This document shows positions 12,537-28,406 of a DNA stretch of 64,000 nt, one piece after another. The stretch lies in the NCBI RefSeq assembly GCF_009914755.1, contig NC_060931.1. One strand, given 5' to 3'. The DNA is from the human T2T-CHM13v2.0 reference genome, Homo sapiens. A program made the translations under genes and the position numbers. The notes under the pieces are model-generated. The model searched no databases. It worked only from the letters and a program-made list of their open reading frames with translations, and was not told where the DNA came from. Position 1 is the first letter of the stretch; each line of letters starts with the position of its first letter.

Positions 12537-14419
12537 CTCATGAACATTACTTTAAGAAGAAGCTTTGCCTCATTTTTCTCCACCCAGCTCAGATATGGCA
12601 GGGATAAACTATGTTGCTCTGGCAACCGGGAAGGAGATGATGTAACATGTACTGGGGATGTTATGTAGGAGGCTGAGTGGTTGAGTTGGATGGGGTGTGG
12701 GATGTGGGGATAATTTTATATCCCAGCAGTATGATTAGTGGAGTTAGCTACTGCTGTAACAGAACCTTCCACAATTTCTCAATCTCCACTCTTATGTTCT
12801 GATAAAAACTGAAAAAAAGTACTACTTACTGTTTTGGTTTGTCACATTATTTATAACCGTAGACCTATTCATACATCTTACCTTGGACCAGTGGTTCTTA
12901 TTTATTGACATTTTGTAAAGGTTGTAGTGTTTGCATTGAAAACAAAATGCATTTTCACATTTGAAGACTCACTGAAAATAATTGGTTGTTTATGTAGCCA
13001 CATACAATAATTATGAATCAACATTCCGAGAAGGATGTTGTTTGTCAAGGCTTATTAAAATGATTTTGTGCAGGACCTTCGAAATGTGAACAAAATGTCT
13101 TTCTCTGAGTGCTGGAAGTAATTCAGTGAAGAAATATCAATGAAAGTTCTTATTTTGCCCTGATAGGGTTAAAAAATGGTTGTTTGTAATGAAGACTATT
13201 ATTAGCCAAGGAAAATTTAAGTTTCAGGCATTACTCACAGCACTCAGTTTGAGAGAAATTTTACTGTATAAGAGGTATCATTTAACATATTAAAATTGTC
13301 CAATCTCAGGAAAATTCACAAACTCCATTTTTTAATGTTTAGAAACAAAATAAGCAATAAATTATGAGATAATTTATAAAACATCAAAGACATAGTTAAT
13401 CTAAGAAATGACACTCTTCAGCCAATACCAATGAAAGAGAAGACAATTTTAACATGAATTTTGAGGAGTCAGGATAGATGCCTCACCTGTGCAAATGTTA
13501 CCTTCAAGCTTCCATATTAAGGACTTTTCTTATTTCTTCTCACACATACAGTAGGGCACTAGTCAACTTTCTAAACCTAGTCATCTGAGCTCGAGAGTGG
13601 GCCTCACTGCTGCTAAAATTTATAAATAATACAAAAGAAGAAGAAACAAATATATAAGGTAAAGAAGGGGAAAGAGGAGAAAAATTATGATAGTAGCTGA
13701 TCATCTCACTTGCTTGAAGTAACCTAAGTCGTGTCTCTTCTTTCAGTAAGTTAATTTTCTGTTCTTCCATTGGTGACCACGTTGTCACAGATCCTCAGGT
13801 ATTTATGAAGGTTCATATAATCCAAAGCCCTTTTGAAATATCAGTTTTACCTTAATTACTATTCTATCTTAAATTTTGCAAGGTAGGCAAGCATCCCCAA
13901 AAATGTCAATGGCAGCAAACTAAAATTTCTATTGGTGTTAACTTAAGCATTATCAATGGAGTGTCTAGTACGTGTCAGTGACAATGAATGGTTCTGGAGA
14001 CTCTGTAGTGAATATGATACAATTCTGGGTTGCATAGCAGGGATGATGGATAATGAAGCAATTATAAAGTAATGTTGTAAATATTACAGATAGAGTAAGC
14101 CCATCAGGGGTGTCACAAAAGTCTTCCTGTTAAAAGAAAACAACATAAAATGTCTAGATTGAGACCAGGAAAGTGAGAGCAAGTTATCCAGATGAAAAGG
14201 AACTGGAGGAAATGAAAAACCTGAGCCAAAGTGCAGAGGGCGAGACTTGAGTATCCAGAAATATCTGGAAGCTGCACTTGTAGGGCAGAGAAGAGTGAGG
14301 AAGTAGTGAGAAGTAGTGAGGATGAAGTGGATGGGTAGGTATGCATTGGTTCATGGCGGGCACTGAATGCCACATTATCTTTCAACTATATCCTAATAGC
14401 AATGGGAAGTCAGTAATGA

Positions 14420-14709
<290 letters not shown>

Positions 14710-15987
14710 AGAAGTCAGTAATGATTTTTAAGCAGAAGAATGGCTTGATAAATTTTACATTTCTGAAATATCACTGGCAAATGAGATAGAGGAATAAAAA
14801 ATTGGAAGCAAGAAGTCAATCTAGTGGGCTGCTCCATTAATGCCATTTAGACACTAGAGGAATCTGAACTAAGGGTGTGACAGTCGTCTTAGGCCTGCAG
14901 GGCTGAGCTCAGCAGGCTGGGTGAGCATAGACAGGTCAGTTCACGGTAAATATCAAATGGAAAAATGTGGAGATCACTGAGTTTTGAAGCATAGGTGCAG
15001 ATAAAAGAGGAAATTGCATCATTATCATTATAGTAAAAATTTCAAGGCTGCTTACCCAGACATTAGGCCTTGATGACCTAGTTCACTAATTAGAAAAGTT
15101 ATTGCTGTATACGGTGTAATGTTGAAGATACTGACATGAATGACTCACTCTGTGTGGGCTTCAAGGATCATTGACTTATGATGAGCTTTAATGAAATACA
15201 ACGTGTCCCCTGCCTATATTTCAACCTATTCTTTGCACTACTTGTTTCTTGGATCAAGAGCAAACCAAGTTAGAAGGAAACTGGATCTCCAATCTGGATC
15301 AGATTCTGTGGTCTGGTCTGTTGAGGCTTAAGACCATGTGCTCCTGCTGAGTCCTCATAAGATGACTCCTGTAGACAGGGAGTTAAGAAGTGTGAAGTGT
15401 ATGGTGTCAAGATGGAACAGACACTACCCAGGCCTTATCCCTCCCTGTGGAGGGAAGTAGGTTGGGTTCCACAGACTTTCCTGAGAGATGGACTGGTCTG
15501 GGGCCTCCATGGCTGGGCTGGAAGGCTGGGTGGGTCACTATAGTTTCTGCCTCTCGGTCCTTTTCTTCTGAGTTATGAAATGAATAAAGATACAGCCAAA
15601 AAACTTTCAAGAAGGGAATGGATCCCTTCTGCTCTAGTGATCAAGAAAGCATAGATGTGTCTAGAACTGGTTAGATAATTTTATATAAGGAGATTTAGGA
15701 GAGAAGAATTTTATAAGTGGCAGAATGACTATCAGTCAAATCTTAATAGTGAGAAATCATAGGTGTATGTAAGGGTGTAATTTTTCTAAAACTAAGGTTA
15801 TGCAGAGAATTAAATTATCAGGCTAAATGTTTCCAAATGCGTATTCATTAGCCTGAATCCTAGACTTCTCACTATTCTGGGCTTTCCTCTAAGGGGCTTG
15901 AAAATTCTAAATACGCCTCTTAAATTGTAGAGGTCTGAAATAAACACGTGACTTCAAGTGTGACCTGATCCGATCAGTGTCTAATTC

Positions 15988-16743
<756 letters not shown>

Positions 16744-17084
16744 CAAAGATTTTTCTTAATATAATCATTTCAGAAATATCCTTAGGATATCTATTTAGCA
16801 CTGTACTTCTTATAAATTACAAATGCTTTTTGTCTTAGAGTAACTCACAATGTTATCTATTTCTTATAACCTGGACTTTGTAAGTACTATAAATGTGTTT
16901 AGATGGCTTTAGATTTTCAACTTTTAAAGTGAATAACCAGTACCAAGAATGCTCAATCAAAAAGCTTCAAGTCTTTATGGTATAAACTGATGTTGAACCA
17001 ACACTGCAAAGTCCGTAATTTGCATTTGACTTTTTTGAGCCTAAATGCTATGCTACTATTAATAAATAATAAGGAATACTTTTT

Positions 17085-18145
17085 TATATTGCATTCTTTA
17101 TTAAGGTATAATTTATATACTGTGAAATTCACCCTTTTTTATTCTCAGTTCTGTAAGTTTTGAAAAATGCATGTAATTGCATAAACATCACCACAATCAG
17201 GTTATATAAGAGTTTCATTTCCCCAAACATACCTTTGTGTTCCTTTGTGCTCAATTTATTTTCTTGGACATCACCCACTGGTGATCACTAATTAGATTTC
17301 TGTCTTTATATGCTTGCCTATGCAAAATATCATATACATGAAATAGTATAGCATGTAGCTTCTTTACTCTGACTTTTTTCCTTGCATAATGCATTAAGTT
17401 GCACTCATGATGTTACAAGTTACAGTAGATCATTCTTTTTTATTGCTGACTAATATTCTATTGTATGCATGCACAATATGTCAATTTGCTATTTTGAAGT
17501 ACATTTGCATTGTTTCTACATTTTATAATTGTGACAAAAACTATTGTAAACATTCGAGTACAGATTTTTAGGTAAACATACGTGTTTATTTCAATTGGGT
17601 AAGATGAAATCTCCCATAGGAGTCGTATGGCTAGGCTATATGCCAAGAGCATGTCTATGTTCATAAGAAGGTGCTGAACTATTTTTAAATGTGATTGTAC
17701 CCTTTGCATTTGCATCCATACTATCATATATTAGTTATTCCACATCATTTTCCACATTTACTATTGGTAGTTATTTATTATATTATTTTATTTCTAATTG
17801 ACAATACTTGTATATATTTATGAGATACAATGTGATGTTTTGATATATGCATATATTGTGAAGTAATTAGATCAAGGTAATTAACATATCCATCCCCTCA
17901 TACACTTATTTTTTGTGATGATAACACTTAAAATTTATGCTCTTAGCAATTTTGAAATATGCAATACATCATTATTAATTATAGTAATTATGCTGCGCAA
18001 TAGATCTCAAAATGTATTCCTTCTGTCCATTGAAAACTTTTTACCCTTTCACCAATATCTCCTTGTTTCCCTCTGTACCCTACCCCCACCACAACCTCTG
18101 GTAACCATCATTATACTCTCTACTTCTATGAGTTCAACTTTTTAA
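17085..18145 (-). mobile_element. Nested old L1 3' ends (L1ME/MC-like, then L1MA-like)
   Basis: Typical reverse L1 3' end text (attaaggtataatttatatac...; aattgacaatacttgtatatattta...). Confidence 0.75.
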
Positions 18146-18149
18146 AGAT

Positions 18150-19042
18150 TTTTTTCAAAACTTTTATTTTAGGTTTGGTGGTACATGTGAAAGTTTGTTA
18201 CATAGGTAAACACATGTCATGGGGGTTTGTTGTACATATTATTTCATCACCCAGGTATTAAGCCCCAGTACCCAATAGTTATCTTTTCTGCTCCTCTTCC
18301 TCCTCCCGTCCTCTCCTCTCAAGGAGACTCCAGTGTCTGTTGTTTCCTTCTTTGTGTTCGTAAGTTCTTATCATTTAGCTCCCACTTATAAGTGAGAATG
18401 TGCAGTATTTGCTTTTCTGTTCCTGAGTTAGTTTGCTAAGGATAATAGCCTCCAGCTCCATCCATGTTCCTGAAAAAGACATGATCTCATTCTTTTTTAT
18501 GGCTGCATAGATGTCAAACTATCCCTGCAGACAACATGATTCTATATCCAGGAAACCACACAGTCTGGGACCCAAAGCTCCTCCAGCTGATAAACCACTT
18601 TAGCAAAGTTGCAAGATACAAAATCAATGTACAAAAATCACCAGCATTCCTATACACCAACAACAGCCAAACTGAAAGCCAAATTAAATTGCCACAAAAA
18701 GAATAAAATACCTAGGAATACAGCTAATCAGGGAGGTAAAAGATCTCTACAATGAGAATTACAAAACCATGCTCAAGGAAATCAGAGAACACACAAACAA
18801 ATGGAAAAATATCCCAGGCTCATGGATAGGAAGGATCAATATCAAAATGGCTATGCTGCCCAAAGCAATTTACAGATTCAATGCTATTCCTATCAAACTA
18901 CCAATGACATTCCTCACAAAACTAGAAAACACTATTTTAAAATTCATATGGAGCCAAAAAAGAGACTGAATAGCCAAGGCAATCCTAAGCAAAAGAACAA
19001 AGCTGGGGGCATCAAGCTACCCAACTGCAAATTATACTACAG
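18150..19042. mobile_element. L1PA/PB element with 5' inversion (minus-strand 3' end 18150-18510, plus-strand ORF2 piece 18511-19042)
   Basis: A reverse L1PA 3' end abuts sense ORF2 ([44 protein letters not shown]). Confidence 0.85.
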
Positions 19043-19259
19043 GCAACATGTTGGTGAGGGCGTAGAGATAAAAGACCCTTGTACGCTCTTGTTAGGAATG
19101 AAATTTAATACAATTTTTGAAGTTAGACATTCTAATAGATTCATAGTAACATCTCATTGTGGTTTTAATTTGAATTTTTTTGAAGGACTAGTGATCATTG
19201 CACTCCAGCCTGATCGACAAGAACAAGACTCCGTCTCAAGGAAAAAAAGAAAAACGAAA

Positions 19260-19387
19260 CAGTAATCCCATCATGAGGGCTCCACCCTCTGACCTAATTA
19301 ACTCCCAATGGTCTCACCTCCCAATACCATCACACTGTGGCATCAACATACGAATTTTGGGTGAACACCAATATTCAGTTCATAACA
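19260..19387 (-). mobile_element. MaLR (MLT1A/MST-like) LTR fragment, preceded by a short Alu 3' fragment (about 19195-19245)
   Basis: taatcccatcatgagggctccacc...cccaataccatcacac...attcagttcataaca. Confidence 0.65.
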
Positions 19388-19389
19388 AG

Positions 19390-22300
19390 CATGGTTAGTT
19401 TTGTAAGAAACTGCCAAAGTGTCCTTCAAAATGGTAACATTTAGCGTTCGCACCAGCGCTGAATGAGTCTTCCCTTGAACTACATCTTTATCAGCATTTG
19501 ATATTGTCAGTGTTCTGGATTTTGACCATTCTAATAGGTGCGTAGTGATATCTTGTGGTTGTTTTAATTTGCATTTCCCTTATGATATATAATGTGGAGC
19601 TTCTTTTCATATGCTTATTTGCCACCTGTATCTCTCCTTTGGTAAGTCAACTGTTAAGGTCTTTGTCCCATTATGTAATCAAGTTGTTTATTTTCTTATT
19701 TTTGAGTTTTGAGAGTTCTTTGTAGATTTTGGATTACAGTCCTATATCAGATATGTCTTTTGCAAATATTTTCTTTTTTTTCACAATTTATGAATTAAGT
19801 ATATTTTGTCTATATTCAAATGAGGACATTAACATGAATTACAACATAAATGCACAGATATTTTCAGGTATGCTCATATTATGTTTCACATATTTTGTAA
19901 TAACACAAGGCAGTAAAAAGAAGTTCAAATAATTTATTTCTTGGGTGCTTTCTTTAGGTTAGTTAAAACCTAACTTCCTAGTCTGTAACTGAGTCAGATA
20001 CACAGAAAATAGCAGACCTGGGGAAAAAATGTTATTATTTTATTCAGTATAAGAACTTCAAAGTATGAACGCATTATTTTCCAAACTAAATAAAAGTATT
20101 TGAAAAATTAATATAGGCTGTATAAGCTTATATGACTTAGTCTTAATCATAAGGACCTTAACTTTTTACTCTGTAGGTACATTATATAAAAAACTAAGAG
20201 TAAATTTCGTGAGTTTTATAATTTTATTACATATTCTGTCTTAGAAAGGAACTAGATTTCCTTTCCTTTTTTATCCAATATAAGAGCAGAAACTAATCAG
20301 TTTTCTTGAGTGTTAAAGTAATAATTAGGGTCTATTTTAGGTATGGATTATTCTAGACATTTTCACATTTTTTATTGTTCTTAGTTATTTTATAGTAGAA
20401 ATAACTATCACTATGCATGAGAAAGAGAGTGTTTTTCACTCAAGTGTCTCATTCTACAACTGCAGTTAATTTTACAAGGAAATAATTTGTCGTTTTCTAA
20501 AATGACCCTTTAAATGCTGCTGGCAAATATTTTATCCCAGTCTGTGTCTTGTCTTCTCATTCTCTTGACAGCTTATTTCACAGAACACAACATTTTAATT
20601 TTATTAAGTCCAGCTTATTAGTTATGTCTTTCATGGATCATTCCTTCGGCTTTCGTCTTGTATCTAAAGAGTCATTGCCAAACTCAAGGTCGTCTAGAAT
20701 TTCTCCTATGTTATCTGCCAGAAGTTTTATATTTTTGTTTTGTTTCACATTTAGGACTATGATTCATTTTGAGTTAATTATTGTAAAGAGTGTAAGCTCT
20801 TTGCATGGATTCCCTTTTTTTTTTTTTTTTTTTTTGGCGTGTGGGTGTCCAGTTCTTCCAGCACCACTTGTTGAAAACACTGCCTTTTCTCCACTGTATT
20901 CCCTTTATTCCTTTGTCAAAGATCAGTTGACTATATGCATGTGGGTCAACTTTTGGACTCTCAGTTCTAGTCTATTGACCTATTTGTCTATTCTTTCATC
21001 AATACCGTCATTTTCTGATTACTGTAGCTTTATAGTAAATCCATACCAGGCAGTGTCAGCCTTCCAACTTTATTATTCTTCTTCAATATTGTTTTGGCTC
21101 TTCCGGGTCTTTTACCGCTCCATAAAAACTTTGGAATTAGTTTGTCAATATTCACAAATTAGCTTGCTGGGAATTGTTTGCAATTATATTAAATCTATGG
21201 GTCAATTTGAGAAGAACTAATATCTTGACAATATTGAGTCTTCCTATCTCTAAGCATGGAATTTCTCTCCATTTATTTAATTCTTCTTTGGTTTCTTTCA
21301 TCAGAGTTTTGTTTTCTTCAAATATATCATGTACATATTTTGTTAGATTTGTACATATTTCTTTTCTAGGTGTAAATGTAATAAAATTGTGTTTTTAATT
21401 GCCATTCCACTTGAACATTGCTGATCTATAGAAAAGAAATTGACTTTGTATATTAGCCTTTAGTCACTTAGTTCTAGGAGTTGTTTTTTATTCTTTCAGA
21501 TTTTCTGCATAGATAATTATGTCATTTGTGAGTGCAGACAATTTTATTTCTTCATTCTCAATCTGTATACATTTTGTTTCCTTTTATTGTCTTATTGCAT
21601 GCGTTGACCAGGATTTTTGGTATGATGTTAAAAAGCAGTGGTGAGAGGGGACTTCCTTGTCTCGTACCTAATCTTCATGAGAAAGCTTCCATTTTCTTAC
21701 CATTGAATATGAAGTTACTTGTAGGTTTTGGTAGATATTCTTTTCAAATCTAGGGAATCTTTGTAGTAAATCCATATCAGGCAATGTCAGTCTTCCAACT
21801 TTATTATTCTTCTTCAATATTGTGTTGGCTCTTGCGGATCTTTTACCTCCGCATAAAACGTATGGTTCCCTTCTATTCCTAGTTTACTGAGAGTTTTTTA
21901 AAATCATGAATAGGTGTTGAATTTTGTCAGTTTTTATTCTGCATCTATTTGTATGATGATGTAATGTTTTTTAAGCCTGCAGATGTGATAGATTGGATTA
22001 GCTGATTTTTAAATGTTGAGCCAGCCTTGCATACTGGGATAAATCCTACTTGGTCATATTGTATAATTCTTTTTATACATAGCTGGATTCAGTTCGTTAA
22101 TATTTTGTTGAGGATTTTTGCATCAATGTTCATAAGAGATATTGTTCTCCAGTTTTCTTATAATGCCTTTGTCTCTTTTTGTCTTTGTATTTGGGTAATG
22201 CTAGCCTTATAGAATGAGTTAAGAGGAGTCCCTGTGCTTGTATCTTCTGAAAGCAAATTGTAGAGAATTGGTATATTTTCTTCCTTAAATGTTTGGTAGT

Positions 22301-23352
22301 ATTCACCAGCAAACCCAACTAGGCATGGTGCTTTCTGTTTTAAAAGATCATTGATTACTGATTCAATTTATTAATAGACATAGGCCTATTCATATTTTAT
22401 TTCTTCTTCTGTGAGTTTTAGCAGATTCTGTCTTTTAAGAAATTCATTGATCTAGGTTATCAAATACGTGGGCATAGAGTTGCTTATGATAGTATTCCTT
22501 GACTATCCTTTTAATGTCCCTGTCTTCTTTTTCATCCCTGGTATTAGCAGTTTTTGTCCTCCTTTTTTTTTCTTAATTAGCCTGGCTAAACACTTAGCAA
22601 AATTATTGATATTTTTAAAGACTGGCTTTTGGTTTTATTCCAGTTTTATTTTGATTTGTTATTTTCAATTTCATTGATTTCTGCTCAAATTTTAATTATT
22701 TGTTTTCCTCTGCTGAGTTTGAATTTAATTTGCTCTTTTCCTAATTTTCTAGGGTGGAAGCCTAGATCATTGATTTGGAAGTTTTCTTCTTTTCTAATGT
22801 ATGCATTCCATGCTGTAAATTCCTCTTGAGCACTACTTTCACCGCATTTCACAAATTTTAACAAGTTGTGTTTTCATTTTCATTTAGTGAAATGTATTTT
22901 TAATTTCTTTCAAAATTTCTTCTTCGATCCATATGTGATTTAGGATCATGTTGTTTCATTTTCCCCATTTCACTTTTTCTTCCTGTCTCACTAGATTTTC
23001 ATATCAAGTGCACATTGTTTATTATTCCATTTTATCATTGCTATTAGCTTATCTTTATACCACTCACGTTTTTTAGTGGTTACTCCATAGCTTACAATAT
23101 ACACTTTAATTAATTTGAATATAACTTAAATGATATGATATCCTTTCATGGGTAGCATATAACCTTCAAATAATATACTACTACTTGCTGCCTTACATTT
23201 GTATGCTATTATTGTCAGATATTTTACATTTACATTAAGCAATGAACACAAAGTACATTGCTATCATTTTTGCATCAGACAATTATCTTGTAGTGTGCTA
23301 AACATTTTCAAAATAAATTTTATGCTAATCTTCAATTTTATCATTTCCAGGG

Positions 23353-23398
<46 letters not shown>

Positions 23399-25480
23399 AC
23401 ATATCCAACTTTCTGTCTGCTATAATATTTCTTTTGCATAGAGACCTGTCATTGAAACTTCTCATTTAGGTCTGCTGGAAATGTATTTATTCAGTTTTTG
23501 TTTGTCTGTAGACGAATTTATTTCCCCTTTGTTTTCAAAAATGTTTTCTTTTTCTACATACAGAACTATTAGGTGATAGATTTCTTCTTCCTGCCTCAGG
23601 GTTTGAAAAATGTAACTCTATTGTCCTCTGGCCAGCATAGTTTCTAACAAGAAGTCAGCGTTGATTTGAATCTTTGTTCTTCTAGATATGATGTGTCTTT
23701 TTTTCTCAGCCTGCATTCAGAGTATCCACTTTATTTTTTGATTTTTGGCAGTTTGACTGTTATGTATCTAGGTGTTGGTTTATTTGTTTTTAGTTTTAAT
23801 TTTTGAGCTTCTTGAAGTTGTGCTTCAATTTCTTTACTCATTTTTCTTAGCCATTATCTCTTTAAATATTAAAAAAAAAATTTTTCTAGGACTTTTCAGT
23901 TGCTTCCATGTTAGATTGTTTGATGTTGTCACAAAGTCCTCACCTGCTCTCTTCTCTTTCTATTTTTGTTGTTTTTTTCTCTTTGTGCTACTGTTTTGCC
24001 AATTTTTATTAATGCATCTTTAGACTCATTGGTTGTTTCTCAGCTCTGTTGAGTCTCTTATAAGCATTCTTCATTTCTGTTACTGTGTTCTTCATGTATA
24101 GCATTTTCATTTGATTCTTTTGAATAGTGTTTAATTATTTGCTGAAATTCCTCCTGCCTTTATGCAGAGTGTTTGTCTTTTCCACTAGATCCTTCAATTT
24201 ATTAATGAGAGTTATTTTAAACCTCTGTGTATAGTTCCTTTTTAAAAGTCTGTGTCTGATTCTGTTTCTGTCCATTGCTTTTTCCAGTAACAGTGTTTTG
24301 TTTGTTTTTTTTTTCCATTTCTCAGATATTTATTTTGGTTGAAACCGCAACACTGTGTGTGTAGGACAGTAGACTCTGAGACAGATAGTATAATGTTTTG
24401 CAATGGGCATGTCTTTTCTGTTTATTCTGTAGTGCTGTGTGTGTGGGGTGTGGGCATCAATGCAGTCATGAGTTAAGCAGGGTTTGAGTTTTGTTGCGTG
24501 GTTATCCTCAGTGAGTGCACCAACAAATCTAAATTTTTGTAACAAATTTTACCTAGGGTGGGATATTCAATTATCGAGAGATTTTGCAACATTGCTGTTC
24601 CACCCTCAGTTTTAAGCTCTGCCTATGAGACTACATATCAGAGAGTATGTCCTTCCATGCGCTGCCTCTCTCCCCATAATACACTTCTGTTATTTGTTCT
24701 TTGATTTTTACTAGCCTGGTGATGGAAGGGGAGGGTTTATTCTCCATTTTTCTCATTCTATCTGAATCTTAGAAACAACTTTTGTCCTTGTGCGATAGAG
24801 TTAAGGCTTTCTCGGTGATCTTGTCTCACCTTCAGCCTTAGGAGACAGCTCATGCTCTGAACCTAGAATGGTTTTCTGCCCCACAGAAACTCCAGGGCTA
24901 GCAACTTTTTTCAGTTTTCTTCCCTCAGCAATGAGTCTTCATCTTTCTCTAGGAAAGAACAGAGTTTTTGCTCTTTCTCCAGTGGCTCAGTGTTTTGTTC
25001 ACCAAGGAAGGCAGACTTGGTAGGAGGGAGAGTGTTTTCTGCCTCCTATAGTAGACGTTGCTGTCTTTCCCTAGACCTGCACGATGAAGGAAGCTTTTTC
25101 TAGTTTTCCACCCTCCTCCAAACATTCTTGTTAAGACTGTTTAAAGTCTGAGGAGAAAATCTTGAGTATAAGTATGAACTCCTTTTCTATTTGTGGTTCC
25201 TCCCTCTCTACACTCATAGTACTCCTCACTTAGCCTTTAGCATTTTAGCAAAGCAGTTCTTCCCGGTTCGTATGTTGGCCTCACTTTTCTCCCATGCTCT
25301 GGCCTAGATAAGGCAGAGCTCATTTCCTGTGTCTCTTTGGAGGTATCTATCTTTCCTGAGTTTTCATGCTTGTAGGTTTCCCTGCAACTTTAGCTCTCTA
25401 ATGAATTCAGAAATAGTTATGACTTTGTAGATTATCTGGCTTCTTCCTATTTAGAATGGAAGCAATGTTCTTTCTAGCTT
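19390..25480 (-). mobile_element. Long old LINE-1 block (L1MB-like ORF2 region, then a more diverged L1M 5' region)
   Basis: Continuous T-rich reverse L1 ORF2 homology, interrupted by a 750-bp insert (19773-20522). Confidence 0.8.
23356..23396. repeat. (TG)n microsatellite, about 20 units
   Basis: Seen directly in the sequence. Confidence 0.97.
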
Positions 25481-26049
25481 TCTATAATCCATATAGACTC
25501 TAGACTAGAAGAAACTCAGTTATTTTTAAGGTCTGTTTTAACAGATAAAGCATAAGTGGGTAAATGTGTGCTAATTTTCAGCTAAATTCTTACAGCCATA
25601 GAATTTTTCCAGTATGACTCAAAGAAAATGTACTATCAACCATTTCAATTCTATGTGGGTATTTAGAAACTGGGGAGAAGGATGAGAAGAGTATTTACTT
25701 TTTCTCTTTATTGCCTGGAATATCACAGAACCTTTGTCAAAGTCATCCAGTGCTATAATATCAGAAGCTATGATAGTCTGATGGAATGAAGTAGTGATGT
25801 TACAGTGGGTAAGTATAGAAGATTTAGTAACTAAGTAAAGGATATCAGGGAAATAGATGAGTTGGCACGTGGATGATAGAATTCATCAACACGCGGGGGA
25901 GTAGTTAAGCAAAAGCATGAGTGAGTTTTGAGATGATGATAGTTGTACAATGAGTGCACAGGTAGATGGTGGTGCTGAGGAATTCCCAGGCATTTGACTG
26001 GGTAGCTGAATGATTAATGTATTAATAATTCACTTAAAAGGTGCTTGAA

Positions 26050-26452
<403 letters not shown>

Positions 26453-26560
26453 TCAAACCTCTTCCTAGGTATTAAAAATTTAAAGAGATATAGAAAGTTA
26501 ACCATTCCATGTTAAGGATTGTATTAGGCTGTTCTTGCATTGCTACAAAGAAACACCTGA

Positions 26561-27406
<846 letters not shown>

Positions 27407-28059
27407 CGCCCCCACACTTTTAAATGACCAGATCCTGTGTGAACTCAGAGAGAGACCTCACTTAACACCAAGGGGGATGACTCAAGCCATTGATGAGGGA
27501 TCCACTCGCATGATCCAAACGCCTCCCACAAGGCCTCACCTCCAAAATTAGGGATGACAAGTCAACATGGGAATTGGCGGGGACATACATTCAAACTATA
27601 TCAAGGATTTTGGATAAACTTTTGCTTTCTTTTCTTTCACCCTGTAGATCGTAAGACTTTCTTTATGTAGGTCTTATTGATAGTCTTAGCTCTTAATTAA
27701 AATCTTAAAATAATGCGATGCTGTTAGTATTGGAACTTAACACCATGAAAATATACTTAGTTTTCTATCCACACTTGCAATGGTCAGGGAAACTCTTTGC
27801 ACAAAACTCTGGGGGTTGAAGCACGATTCTCTTATCTATAGACAGAGGTAAGGGCATCCTAGTGCCAAATATAAAAATTGGCTTGGTTCACCAGGTATGG
27901 ATGGAGACCCATAACTGCTCATTGGAATAGGGGCTTTGAGGGCTAAAACTCAAGTTCAAGCTACAGGAGAACATCTTAAATCTCACAAAGCTGGCTTCTG
28001 TGACTTTTTAGAGTGATCTAAGGCTTCAGTGGAGTTTTTGAGGGGAGAGGGATGGAGGA

Positions 28060-28406
28060 GCACAGCTTTCCATAGGGACAGGAAGGGCCGCATGGAGGCT
28101 CTGCTCTGGAGAACTGGGAGTGGTGACAATTAGCACTCTAATGCATGAAGCTCCTGAGGGAACTCTCTCAGCCCTTCTGTGCAAAGTCAGCCACTAACAC
28201 ACTTCCGTAGGTCTGCGGATCAGCCAATTTGAGGGCGTCTATGAAGTTCCTCCCAGTAGTTTTTCTCTCAATCTAAACTAGTCTCAGGTGATTTCTGAGC
28301 CCCTGAGTCCGAGGAGTCTGGGATCCTTAAACTCCATCATCCATCATTTTGTTGGAGGAGAGCATTCTTTACAAAACAACTTAAACGTTTACTGAAATAG
28401 GTAAGT
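28060..28406 (+). promoter_or_regulatory. Candidate OR promoter module (homeodomain + O/E-like sites) and first exon ending at a perfect donor
   Basis: TTCCATAGGGA (28068), CAATTAG (28127), CTCCTGAGGGAA (28151), donor TAG|GTAAGT (28401). The motifs are conserved in the paralog at 1158-1248. Confidence 0.4.

Noticed and set aside
20549-21220. 223-aa ORF, the longest non-OR ORF
   Set aside because: It lies on the antisense strand of a T-rich L1, has a TTG start and a low-complexity F/S/L composition.
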